Shown here: one piece after another, positions 13,512 to 27,030 of the stretch
How positions within the stretch are numbered: position 1 is the stretch's first letter
How the letters are laid out: every line of letters begins with the position of its first letter
Source of the DNA: Callorhinchus milii
Taxonomy: Eukaryota
Assembly: GCF_018977255.1 (NCBI RefSeq)
Contig: NW_024704742.1
Coordinates: 104,906,001 to 104,970,000, forward strand
DNA: 64,000 bases
Direction of reading: 5' to 3'
Translations under genes and position numbers: made by a program
Notes under the pieces: model-generated
The model's input: only the letters and a program-made list of their open reading frames with translations
Database searches by the model: none
What the model was told of the DNA's origin: nothing

Positions 13512-15679
13512 CTGAAAATGTTAAAACATACAAAAGTGAAAATACAACACTAATATTACTTAAATATTAGATATAACATATACAACATATACATATTAAA
13601 TATACACTAATATTAGTTAAATCGACTAAAATTATACAAATATAATTCTTACATGTATTTTATTTTTACAGAGACAGAAGAACATTTAGCACTCAATTAA
13701 CTTTTACTGCTTTTAATAAAGAGTACCTCCACCATCACTCAAAGAGGTCAGTCGTACGGGTGTCTGGCGTGAAACAGAAAAATGTATACTGATGAGGTAG
13801 GGATTTAAGCATGTTGTTGGGAATGTTAGCCGGCATACACAGTTGATACTGAGACTGGGTATCCAAAATCGAAAGAAATTATCCCCTCAGCACTCCTCAA
13901 TACATAAGGGAAAGGATGCAAACTCTCGCTCATATAATGTCTGTTATATGATGACAAATCCATTGGAGCCATCATCAAAGCAACACTTCCCTAGATGAAA
14001 TGACTCAAGGAGCCATTGCTGGGGCTTTGTTGTGTGTTGGGGCCAACTATGTAAATTCAGAATTATTACTCTCTTGTAATTGAATATGACCTGGGGAGTA
14101 TTGCATTGTCAAAGGTGCTATCCCTCACCTGAGACATTAAAGCAAGGTCCCATCCAGCCCTAATCATAATAATAAATAATACATATTATTACTTCTATGT
14201 TTTGAGGCTGATATACAAACAACAAAAATGCAGTAACCTTGCACAAGAAATAAATTGATTCTGCACAAGTATATAAACAATAATCGCGAAAACACCTCAT
14301 AGAAAATACACATCATTGCTTTAGGCAACAAAGGAGGACTAGGGTCAACAGGCAATTCTGCAATCGTATGCAGATGCATTAATTTGAAAGTGAAAATGCA
14401 GATAACTTATTCAAAATGTGATTCACTGCAAGCAAAATCTGTACTATTTGGTCAGAGCCTGAATGTAGTGTATTTCACAATTTAACAAGAAGACAGATAG
14501 TATAGCATATTTACCTTATATTTTATAAGGCATCATGAGCATGAAAAGAAATGCTGAGTTTACTTTAATCTGCTTATAATTGCTTTTTACACAGCAGAAA
14601 GTTGAAGTCATGCATAAATTTAACTTCGCTCCTTTAACATTTTAAAAGACTGTATGAAATAGTCCATAAAACCTTTCCCTCTTTCAGCTATGTTCTTTAC
14701 TTCAGTAGTTCACAGACTAACGTATTGGCAAAAGCTTTTCAGTAGTCAAGTCTGATTAATCACATGCTCAGGGTCATTCTACATTTATACAGGACAGTCC
14801 CAACAACATATCAATAATTCAGAGGAGACTGCATTAAATGATGAGGATAGTGTAATGGATGGAGGATAGAGGAAAGAAATAGCAATAAAACTCCTGCAAT
14901 AGCTGTGCTCCCTGAACCTTCTCCACCACCCTAGATGTTAAACTGGGGTAAACTCCTAGAGAGCATAAAACCAGATGGAATTGTGAGTACTCAAGGATTG
15001 ATCTCGGAGAGTCAGCAAGGATTTGTAATGGCAGTTCATGCTTGATTAATTGAATTTTTTTCAAGAATGGAGAGGGGTATATAGATTAAGGGAATGTAGC
15101 TGAATGTAATAATAATAATCCTTGCATTTGATACAGTGCCTTATTACATCTTCGAGACATCTCAAAACGCTTCAGAGGATACACTGTAAACTGTAGTGAC
15201 GGTGTATTTTGTGTGAGAAAACAAAACCTGAAGGAAGGTGTAGATATAGATATTCAAAGATGCCTCATAAGATATTAGTTAATAACATTAAAAGTTGATT
15301 GTGACATGGATAGAAAAATAGTGAAAAGAAAGAGAGCAGAGAGTAGAGGGCAAAACTATCAGTGCACCTTATCCTCATTCTGCCAAAGAAGTCAGCTGTA
15401 ATTAACGCAAGGCTATCTAAAATTCCTTTGAAAATAACGATTCAAAAACTCACAAAAGAATGCATAGACAAGGGTACAGCAAGGAGGGAATGAATATGCT
15501 GGTATTCAGTTACTCATAATTTTTAAATATTATCACAATATCAGGTAAACCAATACCTACAAATTAATGTAAAAATTCCCTAAGTTTGTTATACAAAAAT
15601 GTTTAAACATACTTTTTAACACCTAAGATTACTTCAGTTTGACATATCCCATTAACTTGGAGTTAGAAGTCCAAGAAAC

Positions 15680-16245
15680 ATGGGAAAGTAGGAATTGGAG
15701 AAAATAATTTGGCCCATCAAGCTTGCTCAAGATCAGTCTGTGGCCTTTACAATACAACCTCCCCTGATACTAACTTCCCTTAACATATACTCCCTAAATA
15801 TCTATTCATCTCTCTTAATTCCCTCAACCAATATCTCATACATGGTTTTATAATGCAGTGCATTCCAGATTCTAAATACTCCATAAAAATGAATTCATCC
15901 TCGCCTTTGTCGAAACATCTTCAGCTGTGTGAAGTGCATTGAGTCATTCTCCCAGTGTGAAAGACACTATATAAATGTAAATTGCTATTGCTGTTGTAAC
16001 TTATTTTGCTCTCATTTTAAGGTCATGTCCTCCACTCAATGATTGACCCACTAGGAGTAAAGGTCGCTGACCCATTTTGTCAAGCTCCTTCACAATGAAC
16101 ACATCAATCAAATTACCACTCAAATTCCTCAGCTTCAAAGAATATCTGTCCAGTTGATCCAGTCTTCCACTTTTGTTAGCCTCTTCCCCGCAAACCATGG
16201 CTTAATTCTTGTGAAATCACTCTGCACTCTCTCCAAAGCCAATAT
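15680..16245 (-). mobile_element. Old CR1 3' fragment with a short L2 tail inserted at ~15920-15995
   Basis: Decayed YSLKLRNLSGNLIDVF and CR1 3'UTR (ttgatgggccaaatt). Confidence 0.6.
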
Positions 16246-16548
16246 ACAGGATTTTGCAACTCCTCCACATTTGTGAAGAAATAGCATTTTATTTACTATC
16301 TTTCATTTCTCCCGCTCCACACTTTCACCCTATTCCCCTTGTTTCTCACCTTCAATTTCAGATGGACATCGAGGGACCTCTGCCACTATATGTAGAAAAG
16401 TGTGGAGTATCTGTCAGTTGTCCTGCCTTATATTCCCTCCCCATCCAAATTCACTCAAAAACTCCACTTCATCTCAAAACACGTTGTCAGTACACATTTC
16501 AGTACATCCTGTGAGCATTTTGAGTTGTCCTCTTGATATGAATGGAAA

Positions 16549-16608
16549 TATACCTAATTCATTATTATATATTCATGTCATTATACCTAATTCATTATTA
16601 TATATTCA
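16549..16608. repeat. Local tandem duplication, 27 identical nt, period 33
   Basis: tatacctaattcattattatatattca at 16549-16575 and 16582-16608. Confidence 0.9.
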
Positions 16609-17539
16609 GTGTAAGATGTTGCTAGCTTGGCTCCAAAACAACATTCTCTTTATTTCTCTTCTCAAAGAGCCGGCACAGACTCGATGGGCGGAATGGCCTC
16701 TTTTTGTGCTGTACGATTCTATGATTCTAATTCTATGATTTCTAATTAATCTCATTCTATAAAGCTCTTTGTGACATTTGTTTTACGTAATGGTGTTATG
16801 TAAATGTATATTGTTTCATTCTTTTCTGCTCTACTCTGGATAAAATTAATGAAAGAATAAGAACAACTACAAATTGTTTACTTAGTCAACATTGATAGAT
16901 TTTGAAAACTTGACTTGACTGCACATTCAAAGCACTCTCTTCACAGGATAGATCGAAATGCAGAATACAGCCTCAAAATAGTCAGGCAACCCTTAATTTA
17001 AAATGGTATACATCAAGCACTCTATTCTGTTTCCATGGCCTCAAGCATCCTATTCCTTTTCATTTGTCCATGAGAATCATATTCAAAACTGTCTCAGAAT
17101 ATTCTCTCCTAAAAACTGAGACAAATAACAAATGCATTTCAGAATAAAATCTATTGGAGTAAATTGTTTTACCTTGCTATTGTTATCAGAACAACATAGG
17201 ACTTCTCTGTACAAACGTTCCAGGGAAGCAGCTATATTTGCAGAGCAGTTGTATATTTGCACATATTGGGTTAAAGAATTTCTTATTATCGGGGAACCCC
17301 ATTATAATGCCCTTTGCTGCAGCGCTGCCCCAAAACAGAGTCTCTGCACTTTACAGTACATCACGTGAAGCACTTTGAGACATCCTCGGACCGTGAAAAG
17401 ATTTCCATTAAATGTAATCATTATTATTATTGTTATTATTATAAGCAGTTCAGTCGGCTTCCAGAGTTGACTAATCAGCTTACTGCATTAAAAAAGCCGC
17501 CTTTGAGGCTGTTAGGTTGCTGCAAAGATCATGTCCTAA

Positions 17540-17725
17540 ACAACGACAACAACAAGATTTCATTTTAGAGCGCCTTTCACGTCGGAAGGACGTTCCAAGG
17601 CGCTGGACAGTTGGGTCGGGACCCGAGCAGAGGGGAAATGGTCAGGGTGAGGGGAGGGAAGGGAGGGAGCGAGGAGGGGTTAGAGAGTCGAGAGGGGAGC
17701 TGAAGGCACGGTCGAAGAGAAGGCT
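17540..17725 (-). mobile_element. L2 3'UTR-only insertion
   Basis: Reverse complement matches the 3'UTR of the 39.3 kb and 34.9 kb copies. Confidence 0.85.
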
Positions 17726-18054
17726 GCACATACATGTTGAGCGCAGGAAGCACTGTTGATGTCACTTTGCAAAGGACGTGATGAAATCAGCAGCACTCTT
17801 TGCCCATTGCAACATATGCAGTGCACAGGATGTGATGTCAGAGGGACATGATGACCCAGAAGTCAGCCATTTGTTAGCACTTCGCTTTTAACAACAGCAA
17901 CAAATTACATTTGTATAACGCCTTTCACGTCAGGAGAAACGTAATTGAGCTATTGGATTCAACCAACTTTAACACATTATAACAAATATACATATAACAG
18001 ATTATACATATGTAATATTTATGTATATAACAAATTATTATCTTATTATACATT

Positions 18055-19295
18055 AGAATACATTAGAATATACAGCAAAGAAACAGGCCATTCGGCCCAA
18101 CTGGTCTATGCAGGTGTTTATGCTCCACATGAGCCTCCTCCTGCCCTTCCTCAACTAAGCCTTCAAGCATAACCTTCTATTCCTTTCTCCCTCATGTACC
18201 TATTTAGCTTTCCCTTAACTACATCTATGCTGTTTACCTCAACAACTCCTTGTGGTCGCATGTTCCACATTCCCACTACTCTCTGCGTGAAGAAATTTCT
18301 TCTAACTTCCCTATTTGATCTATTTGTGACAATTGTACATTGATAGCCCCTGGTTTTGTTCTCCCCACAAGTGGAAACACCTTCCCTATGTCTACCTTAT
18401 CAAAACCTTTCATCATTTTAAAGACCTCTATCAGGTCACCCCTTATCCTCCTCTTTCCAAGAGAAAAGAGTCCAAGTATGTTCAGCCTTTCCTGATAGGT
18501 ATAACCTCTCAGTTCTGGGATCATCCTTGTGAATCTCCTTTACACCCCCTCCAGTGTCTCTACATCCCTTCTATAATGTGGGGACCAGAACTGCACACAG
18601 TATTCTCCGTGTGGTCTAACCGAGGTTCTCTAGAAGTTTACCATAGCTTCCCTACTTTTCATTTATTTCCCTCTAGAAATGAACCCCAATACCTGGTTTG
18701 CTTTTTTTATGGCCTTATTAACTGTATTTTTATGGCCTTATTAAATGTAATCTTGTTGTTATTATTAACTGAGTTGCTACTTTTAGTGAATTGAGTATGT
18801 GTACTCCTGGATCCCTTTGCTCCTCTACTCCATTAAGGTTTTTATTTTCCAGCATATATGTGACTTCCTTATTCCTTCTACCAAAATGTACCACCTCACA
18901 CTTTTCTACATTGAAATGCATTTGCCATTCAAATGCCCACTCAGCAAGTTTATTATTGTCTTGCTGTAATTTGTTGCAGTCCTCCTCTGTATTAACCTCT
19001 GTCGTCCACAAATTTTGAAATTGTACTGCTGATTCCTGAGTCCAAATCATTAATGTATATTGTGAACAACAGTGGTCCCAATACCGATCCTTGTGGAACA
19101 CTAGTGCCCACCTCCTGCCAGTCTGAGTAGCTACCCTTTACCCCTACTCTGTGTTTTCTGTTTTGTAGCCAGCTTGCTATCCATTCTGCTATTTTTCCCC
19201 TGACTCCACATGCTCTGACCTTATTCATTAGTCTATTATGTGGTGCCTTATCGAATGCCTTTTGGAAATCTAAATATATTACATCTACTGCATCA
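18055..19295 (-). mobile_element. 5'-truncated CR1 LINE
   Basis: [72 protein letters not shown]1 3'UTR (ttgggccgaatggcctgtttct). Confidence 0.92.
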
Positions 19296-20354
19296 CCCTT
19301 ATTATTAGCTTTTGAAAAAAGTAACCGTTTGCAAGAATAGCTACCTCATTATTGTTAAGATACTTCATGGAAATTGCAACACAGAAAGAGAGCTCTGATT
19401 TAATCGATCTGATCTAATCGCATTTCGCTTCCTTCTATATTTTTATTGTTTATTTAAATTTCATAATTTATATGATACATGTAGTAAAAAGATCCACATC
19501 TTTGCATTTCTCCAAAAAAGTCTATAATGTCAAGAACATCTCAACGTACTTCACAAAGCAATGTCTGTATAGTTGTAGGTAAACGTGGCAGTAAATTTGA
19601 GCACAATGCTCCATGTTCTTGTCCCCCCTACCTCTCCCATTAACCATACCAATCCAGCCGCACTCTTCACTCAGTGAGCATCAGCCTGCTTCATGTCCCC
19701 TGCACTATCTGCCTCAACATCACCGAGCGGGCTTCAGATAATCTGCCCCTACTCTCCAGAATCCCATTTCACAGTTCCTCTGACTTGCACCTTCCTTCCC
19801 TTGTTCAAGCCCTCTCTCAAAACATACCTCTTTAACCGCTCTTTGGGTCATCTTTCCCCTCCCCACCCCCGTTGACTCCCACCCAACTGGGTGCCCAGCC
19901 TGCATTGTCAAGTGCTTTGAGATGTCCTCCTGACGTGAAAGGAGCTTTATAAATGTAAACTGTATTGCATAAACAGCCATGAAGTGAATCATCATTTTTA
20001 CTGCTGGCTAGGACATTGGGGCAAACCCCCTTCTATTTTCAATAGTTCAATGGGATTTGTAATGCCATCTAAAAAATATCACAGGATCTCAGTTTTAAAG
20101 CCTCATCTGAAGGACAGCATCTCTGACAATATCGTGCTCTTTCAATAAGAAAGTTAGTTCTTCGCCTCTTTAATCCCATAATTGTGCTTTAATCCATATC
20201 TTTAAAACTTCTATATCCCAGGTATCTATCTCCTTTTTAATCACCTTAATTAATCATGTATTTTGTGGTACCATTCAGATTATGGCCTTCTGGGCAGCAT
20301 ATTCCACACTTACACACAATGAAGAAATGTTTAGTAAATTCATTTAATACATAC

Positions 20355-20528
20355 CCCAATTCTGCCGCCAAAAGAATTCCAATTTCCTTTGAGTGGCAAA
20401 ATATTTCTTCACAGAGTAATGGACCCTCTGAATGAGCATGTTTGAAAAACCAGTCTTCTTTAAGATATAAGCCATAGTAGACGTGTGTCCAAATGGATCG
20501 ATAGCCCATCCTGCTCTTGGCTTTACTC
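20355..20528 (-). CDS. MAN2A1: Golgi alpha-mannosidase II exon with catalytic nucleophile Asp, 174 nt, phase 1 to 1 (not in the ORF track in the correct frame)
   Basis: tcacag|GA GTA AAG...AAT TGG G|gtatgt; hand translation (G)[67 protein letters not shown] and EFFWRQNW favour MAN2A1 over MAN2A2 (from recall of the paralogues). Confidence 0.96.
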
Positions 20529-20749
20529 CTGTGATAAATTACAAAATGCATTATGTAATTAAATTTAATCTGAATGAAGGAGGGCGTAGCAAGGATTATT
20601 ATGCACAGAAAGACAAGATTTTTTCAAGTTTCTCAGCAAGTTTTTCTGAGAAAAAGACTTTTTTCAAGGCAAAATATTCCAATCCATTGTTTCCATTTAA
20701 AAGTCAATAGGGGCAAATGTGAATTCAAAATAAACAACATGCAAATGTA

Positions 20750-21092
20750 TATGTAATCCAAACTAACATTATGTATACTGGCTGGTGAGTCAGTAACCAG
20801 GGAACATAGATTTAAGATAATTGGCAAAAGAACCAGAGGGGAAATGAGGACAATTTTTTTCCACAGACAGTTGTTATGGTCTGGAATGCACTGCCTGAAT
20901 GGGTGGTGGAAACAGATTCAATAACAACTTTCAAAAGGGAATTAGATAGGTACTGAAAAGGAAAAATTTGCAAGGCTATGGGGAAAGAGCGGGGGAGAGG
21001 GATTGATTGGGTAGCTCTTGCAAAGAGCTGGCACATGCACGATGGGCCGAACGGCCTCCTTCTGTGATGTAATATTGTATGATTCTATGATA
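20750..21092 (+). mobile_element. CR1 3' end
   Basis: TVVMVWNALPE remnant, gatgggccgaacggcctccttctg and (attctatg) tail. Confidence 0.85.
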
Positions 21093-22659
21093 CTATTCAA
21101 ACTATTATAGCATTTTTGAAGAGCTACATAATCCTCCATTGTAATACAGTAAAAGAATGTAAAAGATTACAGTTGGAGGGTTTACACCTATTGCAATATC
21201 CTAGCAGCAGTTTCTACAAGTATAATCTTTGTCTCCTGTGAACTCTGAATCTATATTTTGTTATTTTTGTACTCTTACAGAATGATAGCAGTGATAAATT
21301 ACCCTGCACTGTTTAGTCTCCATTGGACATTACACTGGCACACAACTAAATTCTCTTCAAACAGCAGATATGACACAGACCAAATGTTTATTGATAAAAA
21401 GGTTACTAGCTTTATTTGCAACACAGTAAAATACAAACCAAATGAAGTTATCAAGCATGATATAATCAATACAAATGTCCTTAATAAACAATTCTCCCTT
21501 TTAAAGCATTTTAAAGTCCTTTAGTTCAAGTGTTTTTTTAAATGCAGAGGGTTTCTTTGGAGCTCTGCTTGCTCACAACTATTGATTTGATTTGGAAACA
21601 AGTTGTGTGGGATTTATATCTCTGGGTTGAGCAGAACATATCATCATACAAATTCTGTATTCTTAATTGGAGTGTAGTAATAAAATTGCTTCACCAACAG
21701 GAAGCAGAACCTCTTTTGCTGGAAATTGCTGACATTCTTATTAAAAATGTACTTGCCCAAAGAGTCTCTTTGAACACACTGTGGTCTTGGGTTAATTTAT
21801 CGAGCATTGCTGCTCCAATCTTATTTGTGTATTTCCTTCAGTCAAATATCTTTGAACACAATTTCATCAGTCTGGTCAGTAACCATCTTTTAGACATTAA
21901 CTAGAATCATTATTTTGTCAGTATAATTATATACTCAAGGCTATGGGTACTCAATGTTCATTGCTGTAGAATTCAAAATGCTATGTAATATGACAAAGAA
22001 ATAACATATCAAAGAAAATCAGCACTAGCCTCCAATAGAATCAATTTTCACTCGAAAGGAAACTGCACTTTTTCAATAACCTCCCAAATAGATCACAGCC
22101 ATGTGTTGACAGTTTCCATATTCCAAATGAGGCTCTTTTTGAAAAAAAAAGGTCTATTTTCCAAAACCTTGTTGGGTGCAATTATTGTTTCCCTCACCAG
22201 GATATTTTGCCTCCAATTCCCCTTTCGCCATAAGCCCAATTTTTGTTCTTCCCTACAGCTTTCAGCAGTCAGATAAAAGTAGCTTGGTATGATGTTCCTT
22301 GAAAATTCAGAAGAATCAGGGTTCAAACATGTGTCCCTCTACTCTATGGTATATTACATTAGTTTTACAGTCCGTCATTCCCTCTTGCTTTACAAGAACA
22401 TTTGTTACATATTTAAAATTACATTCTCTGCAAGTCAAAAGGCTTGTACATCACATTCAAAGCGAGAGGGTGAACCAGTAAAGAGCATGTTATTAAGTTA
22501 TTTTCAAAATGCACACAATTGCATATTGCTCTCTCTTGTACTACTTTTCTTACATCAATTTCAGTCAGCTCTTGAAAACAGCGCAAGACAAACATCATGA
22601 AAAGCATTATTACAGTAATGAGTACCGCTCTGGTGCCAGTGGCAATACAACACAGCTTA

Positions 22660-23482
22660 CAATTATTTAGCGCTTTTGACGGTTCACACTGCTGACTGGG
22701 CATCCGAGTTGGGGGTGGGAGCCAAAGAGGGTGGGAGGAAAAAGATGAATGAAAGCACAGTCAAAGAGGTAGGTCTTGAGGTGGGCTTTTAACCTGGAGA
22801 GGGAGGAAGTGAGTCAGAGAGACTCCGAGACTCCACCAACTGATGGTAGGAAAGATAGAGCAGGAGACATGAAGAGGCCAGTCTTTGCTGAGTGAAGGGA
22901 GTGTCCAGGTCAGTAGGGTTTAGGAGTTGGCAGAAGTAGGGTGGGTGAGGCCGTGATATAAAGATAATAATGAGAATGTTCAATTTGATCTGCTGGCAGA
23001 TGGAAAGTCAGTGTAGCCAAGCGAGGATGGGAGTGATTGGATAGTGGAGTCTGGTGCGGAGGACCCAAATTGCAGAATTCTGGATTGTCTGAGAGAGTTG
23101 GGTGTCATCTGCCTACAAGTGGAAGCGAACCACTGTGGTTGACGTCACCAAGTGGGAGCATACAGTGAAAAGGAGAGGAACAAGGATATAATCCTGTGGA
23201 GTGCCACATGTGACTGTGTGGGGGAGAAAGAAGAAGCCGTTAGATGAGACAAAGTGAAGATGCCCAGCTCCTGCTCAGGAACCCACTCAGCATTGTCAAG
23301 TGCTTTAAAACATCTTCCCAACGTGAAAGGCACTATATAAATGTAAATTGTATTGTGTCGTTAGGAATGAAACCAGGATAGGACAGAACCATGAACATGG
23401 ATCAGGATGGAGTGATTAACAATGTCGAAGGTAGCAGAGAGAACAAGGAGGAAGAGAGCCCTGGTCACAGATGAGAAAATGT
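22660..23482 (-). mobile_element. Patchy old L2 fragments
   Basis: ALFLLVLSATFDIVNHSIL, FHL.ADDTQL remnants; L2-like 3'UTR near 22700; a separate plus-strand L2 tail at ~23285-23355. Confidence 0.6.
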
Positions 23483-23504
23483 CACAGAAAATGTCAAATG
23501 TCGT

Positions 23505-23831
23505 GGAGTCCTGTAGCTCAGTGGTTAGAGCACTCGCTTTGCAAGCGAGAGACCTGAGTTCAATTCCAGGCAGAGGGCGAAACCTTGGGCAAGTTTCCTT
23601 GCTCCACACAGAGCCTAATAATAATCCCTCCAAAAACCAAAAACAATAATAAATTGGTCATTTTCAATCTACGACTGTTTGTGGGACATTGCTGTGCGCA
23701 ATTGGCTGCCGCGTTCGCCCACAAATATACAGTCAATTCACTTTACAGTGTGTTCTGTGAAGCGCTTTGGGACGTCCTTCCGACGTGAAAAGCGCTATAT
23801 CAAATGCAAGGATTATTATTATTATTATTAT
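23505..23831 (+). mobile_element. Full-length tRNA-derived SINE, short form, with L2-type 3' tail
   Basis: A box TAGCTCAGTGG, anticodon-like arm CTCGC-TTTGCAA-GCGAG, B box GAGTTCAATTCC; Deu-like ctgtttgtgggacattgctgtgcgcaattggctgccgcg; hairpin and (TTA)n tail. Confidence 0.92.
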
Positions 23832-25325
23832 AGGCAAGCTACAAGTGACAAAGATTTGCATGATGTCTGGATCTAAGGTAGCAGAAAGCAAATTTGCACA
23901 ATTTGCAGGAATAGTAAATCACGATCGTACATTTCTGCATAGCAGCATTAACTGTTCTAATTAAATCCCTCTTTCAAGATTACCATCAATATTGGAATAA
24001 ATCTTGAACAATGCCACAACAAATGTACAATCACAATGACACATTGTTTAATCAAGTACGGCAAGCATATTGCAAAAAAACACAATGGTGGGTGTCAACT
24101 ACCAAACCTTTGAAATATAACGAATACTCACAATTCAGTGCCTACTCATACAAAATGCAGCACAACCATTTTGATGCAGAGAAAAAAAACTATGTCTGCA
24201 CCTATTCTACTTTTTCAACAGAGGTCAATGGACAGCAGTCAGGAACGGAACTCTGGCTGAACTTATTTCCTTCTCTTCTTGGGGATATTGTCCCTAATTG
24301 TGTAACCCTCCTCCGTTATCCATCTGAGAGCATCTGAGTCAGCAACAGATGGAAGTTGGAACCTGCCATGTCTGTATGGCTTGGTACCACACCACAAATC
24401 TCCTTTATCCAGAGATCCTTTAACATCTCATTTTTAAAATTGTTGATGATGCAACGTCATTCTCTCCCAGAAATATTCAAACTTAAAGTCTTTTTAAAAA
24501 TATATGGAAAATTAACTGCAAGACAGTGCTTACAGGATACATTTGTTGCAAAACGTACCTACTGCACTAACACCGCTTCTCCGGTACTATGGTAACAATT
24601 TAAGTTTGGGGCACCATCCTGGTTCTCAAAATCACATCCTCACTTCTCAGTTGATGACCAAAAGTAATGATAATAACAAAAAACATTCAGCTCTCACAAT
24701 TGTGAATTACATTCAGTTCCATATTCTTTAAAAAGGTTACTATTGTATTGTAATGTAACAAATCTGGAGGGTGAAATTCTACCTGTCAAAAAGAGTTACC
24801 AACATTGGCAGTGTGTGTTTATAATGGGACATCAGCAAGTTTGGCAAGTTTACCAACCAACAACAACAACAACAAGATTCCATTTATAGAGCGTCTTTCA
24901 CGTCGGGAGGACGTCCCAAGGCGCTGAAACATAAGAACCAACATAAGTCTCTCCCTCCCACCTTTCCCCAGTTATTTTAAAGAAATCATTGAGTGTCCAA
25001 ACCAATTACTTTGCTCCTATTATACTTCTATGATTGTGGGGTTTGGGGATGGTTGACATACTGGCAACAACAGCAACAAATTACATTTGTATAGCGTCTT
25101 TCACGTCAGGAGGCCGTCCTGTGTGGCAATACAAATACTGTATAGCTGACACCTTATCATCATGTCTACCAAAGTAAGACATTTGTGGCAAATCTATGGG
25201 AACTTAGCAAATAATAAACTGTGGCGATTGTACCTATTTACAAGATTGGTAGGAGGTGATGTGGCTGTAAAGGGGGTAAATAAAAGGGGTAAAATGGAAC
25301 AAAGCTACAAAAAAGGAACTCTCAC

Positions 25326-25453
25326 CTAGGTTTCTTTCAAGCCACTGATGCCCTTCAAGCAGCTGATCAATCATGGCAAAATAATGTGTGCTAGCCTCAT
25401 CTGGCATGACCCAACCTCCTGTCGTGATTTCAAATTGGCCCAGTTGACACAAT
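25326..25453 (-). CDS. MAN2A1: Golgi alpha-mannosidase II exon, 128 nt, phase 2 to 1
   Basis: ttctcag|A TTG TGT...AAC CTA G|gtgag; encodes [42 protein letters not shown] with the [11 protein letters not shown]38 motif. Confidence 0.96.
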
Positions 25454-25482
25454 CTGAGAAGAAAACAAAAGAAAAAAAGTTT

Positions 25483-25660
25483 TATAATAATATTCCTTGC
25501 ATTTGATATAGCGCCTTAACATGTCTTTGAGATGTTTCAAAGCGCTTCACAGAATATACTGTAAAATGAATTGATTATATTTTGGGGGTGAAACGCGGCA
25601 GCCAATTGTGCACAGCAGTGTCCCACAAACAGTTGTGGATTGTGGAGTGACCAATTGTTT
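25483..25660 (-). mobile_element. SINE 3' half, ending ~30 nt upstream of the 128-nt exon acceptor
   Basis: Reverse complement of ctgtttgtgggacactgctgtgcacaattggctgccgcg...aaatgcaaggaatattatt. Confidence 0.85.
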
Positions 25661-27013
25661 TAAAAAAAATCTAATAGCAAAGAAATAACTTTTCATAGCA
25701 ACTTATACATCAGAATGCCTCAAAATGTTTAAAAGCAATAATTAATATGCAGTGTAGTAACTGTTATTTGCAGACAATAGGACATTGATACTGAATGTTC
25801 TCAGTGAGTAAGCAAGAGGTATTTGAGAAAAGTCTATTTTACCACAATAAATCACTTTTAATTTTTGGTAGGTATTAAGAAACACTCCAAGATACCACCA
25901 CACATGACGGGCGCTATATAAATGCAAGTCCTTGTTGTTGTAAGAAATAAGAAATAGCAGAGTGAATGCATGTATTTTGATTTTAATAGTCTGGTAAAAC
26001 ATGTACAGTGGCTCAAAAATAAATACCCATATTGGTTACATTCTTTAATGCAAAAATAAGTATAAAATTCTTTCACATAGAATAGGTATTCTCCTGGTTA
26101 ACATTTTAATTCAAACAAGGATAGGATGGTAATGTTGTATTGTTTAATCCTGTTGGCCATTCATATTAGGTCTGTGAAAAGCGCACACATTGTACAGAGC
26201 TAGACTACCATTATAGACTCACGAATGGATTATATTTTGTGAGAATTTTATTGCAGAAAATTGGCAAACTACACTTTTATAGCTTATTTTTTAAAAAATG
26301 AAAGACTCGTGTAGATTTTCCTTGGAACAGTTAGACTGCAAACAAAATCCTTGGCCCAGAAACAATACCTCTAATAGCCTACTTCTGATACAGGATTTCT
26401 TTTTTGTCTATTGTGGGGATATAAAGACTATACTATTACAGCATATTTTTCATTAATGTTAGAATGCCATTGGAATGCGCCAAATTCAATCGCAAATATA
26501 GTCATACTGACCACAAGACGGAGATGATACAATACAGTACACATTTACAGTTATATAGCGCCTTTCACAGCAGGAGGATGAACCAAAAACATCAGGAGAA
26601 ACTCCATTCTCTATTCAAAAAGTATCATTGGAGCATTGCCATCTACCCAAAGAACAGTTAGTACTGTTCTCTTTCCGCACTCTGCCCTTGAAGTGTTGCA
26701 TAATAAATTTTAATAATTACCCAAAATACAGAAATGAGGTTATTGGAATTGACACGGTCTCTCCTATGTTACTGAGTCTCACAAGACAGCAGACATGACA
26801 ACCCAAACCAGTTTTCAGAATAAAGTAATTACATCTCACGCATGCTCAATAAAAATAAGAGGAAGGACCGATATTTATTGCAGTTTAAACATTTAAAAAG
26901 TTTATATTTTTATATCATGATGCATGACATTTTCGTGAATATGGCTTTGCGTTCAATTGGACTCAATAACAACGCAGTTTTCTTGCTCCTTCCTCTTTTT
27001 GATCATGTGCGAG

Positions 27014-27030
27014 AGCGCCACCTAGTGGTA
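27014..27030 (-). promoter_or_regulatory. Candidate CTCF binding site
   Basis: Minus strand TACCACTAGGTGGCGCT matches the CCACYAGRKGGCRS core without mismatch; lies in non-repeat sequence. Confidence 0.6.

Noticed and set aside
21542..21904. 120-aa ORF and ATGATGA box-C-like motif on the minus strand
   Set aside because: No protein family recognised, and no properly placed CTGA box D or terminal stem for a snoRNA.
23505..23580. tRNA-Ala(TGC)-like cloverleaf (also at 34554)
   Set aside because: Acceptor stem pairs poorly and the sequence continues into a SINE body and L2-type tail; it is a SINE head, and older copies show CGC/CAC at the same position.
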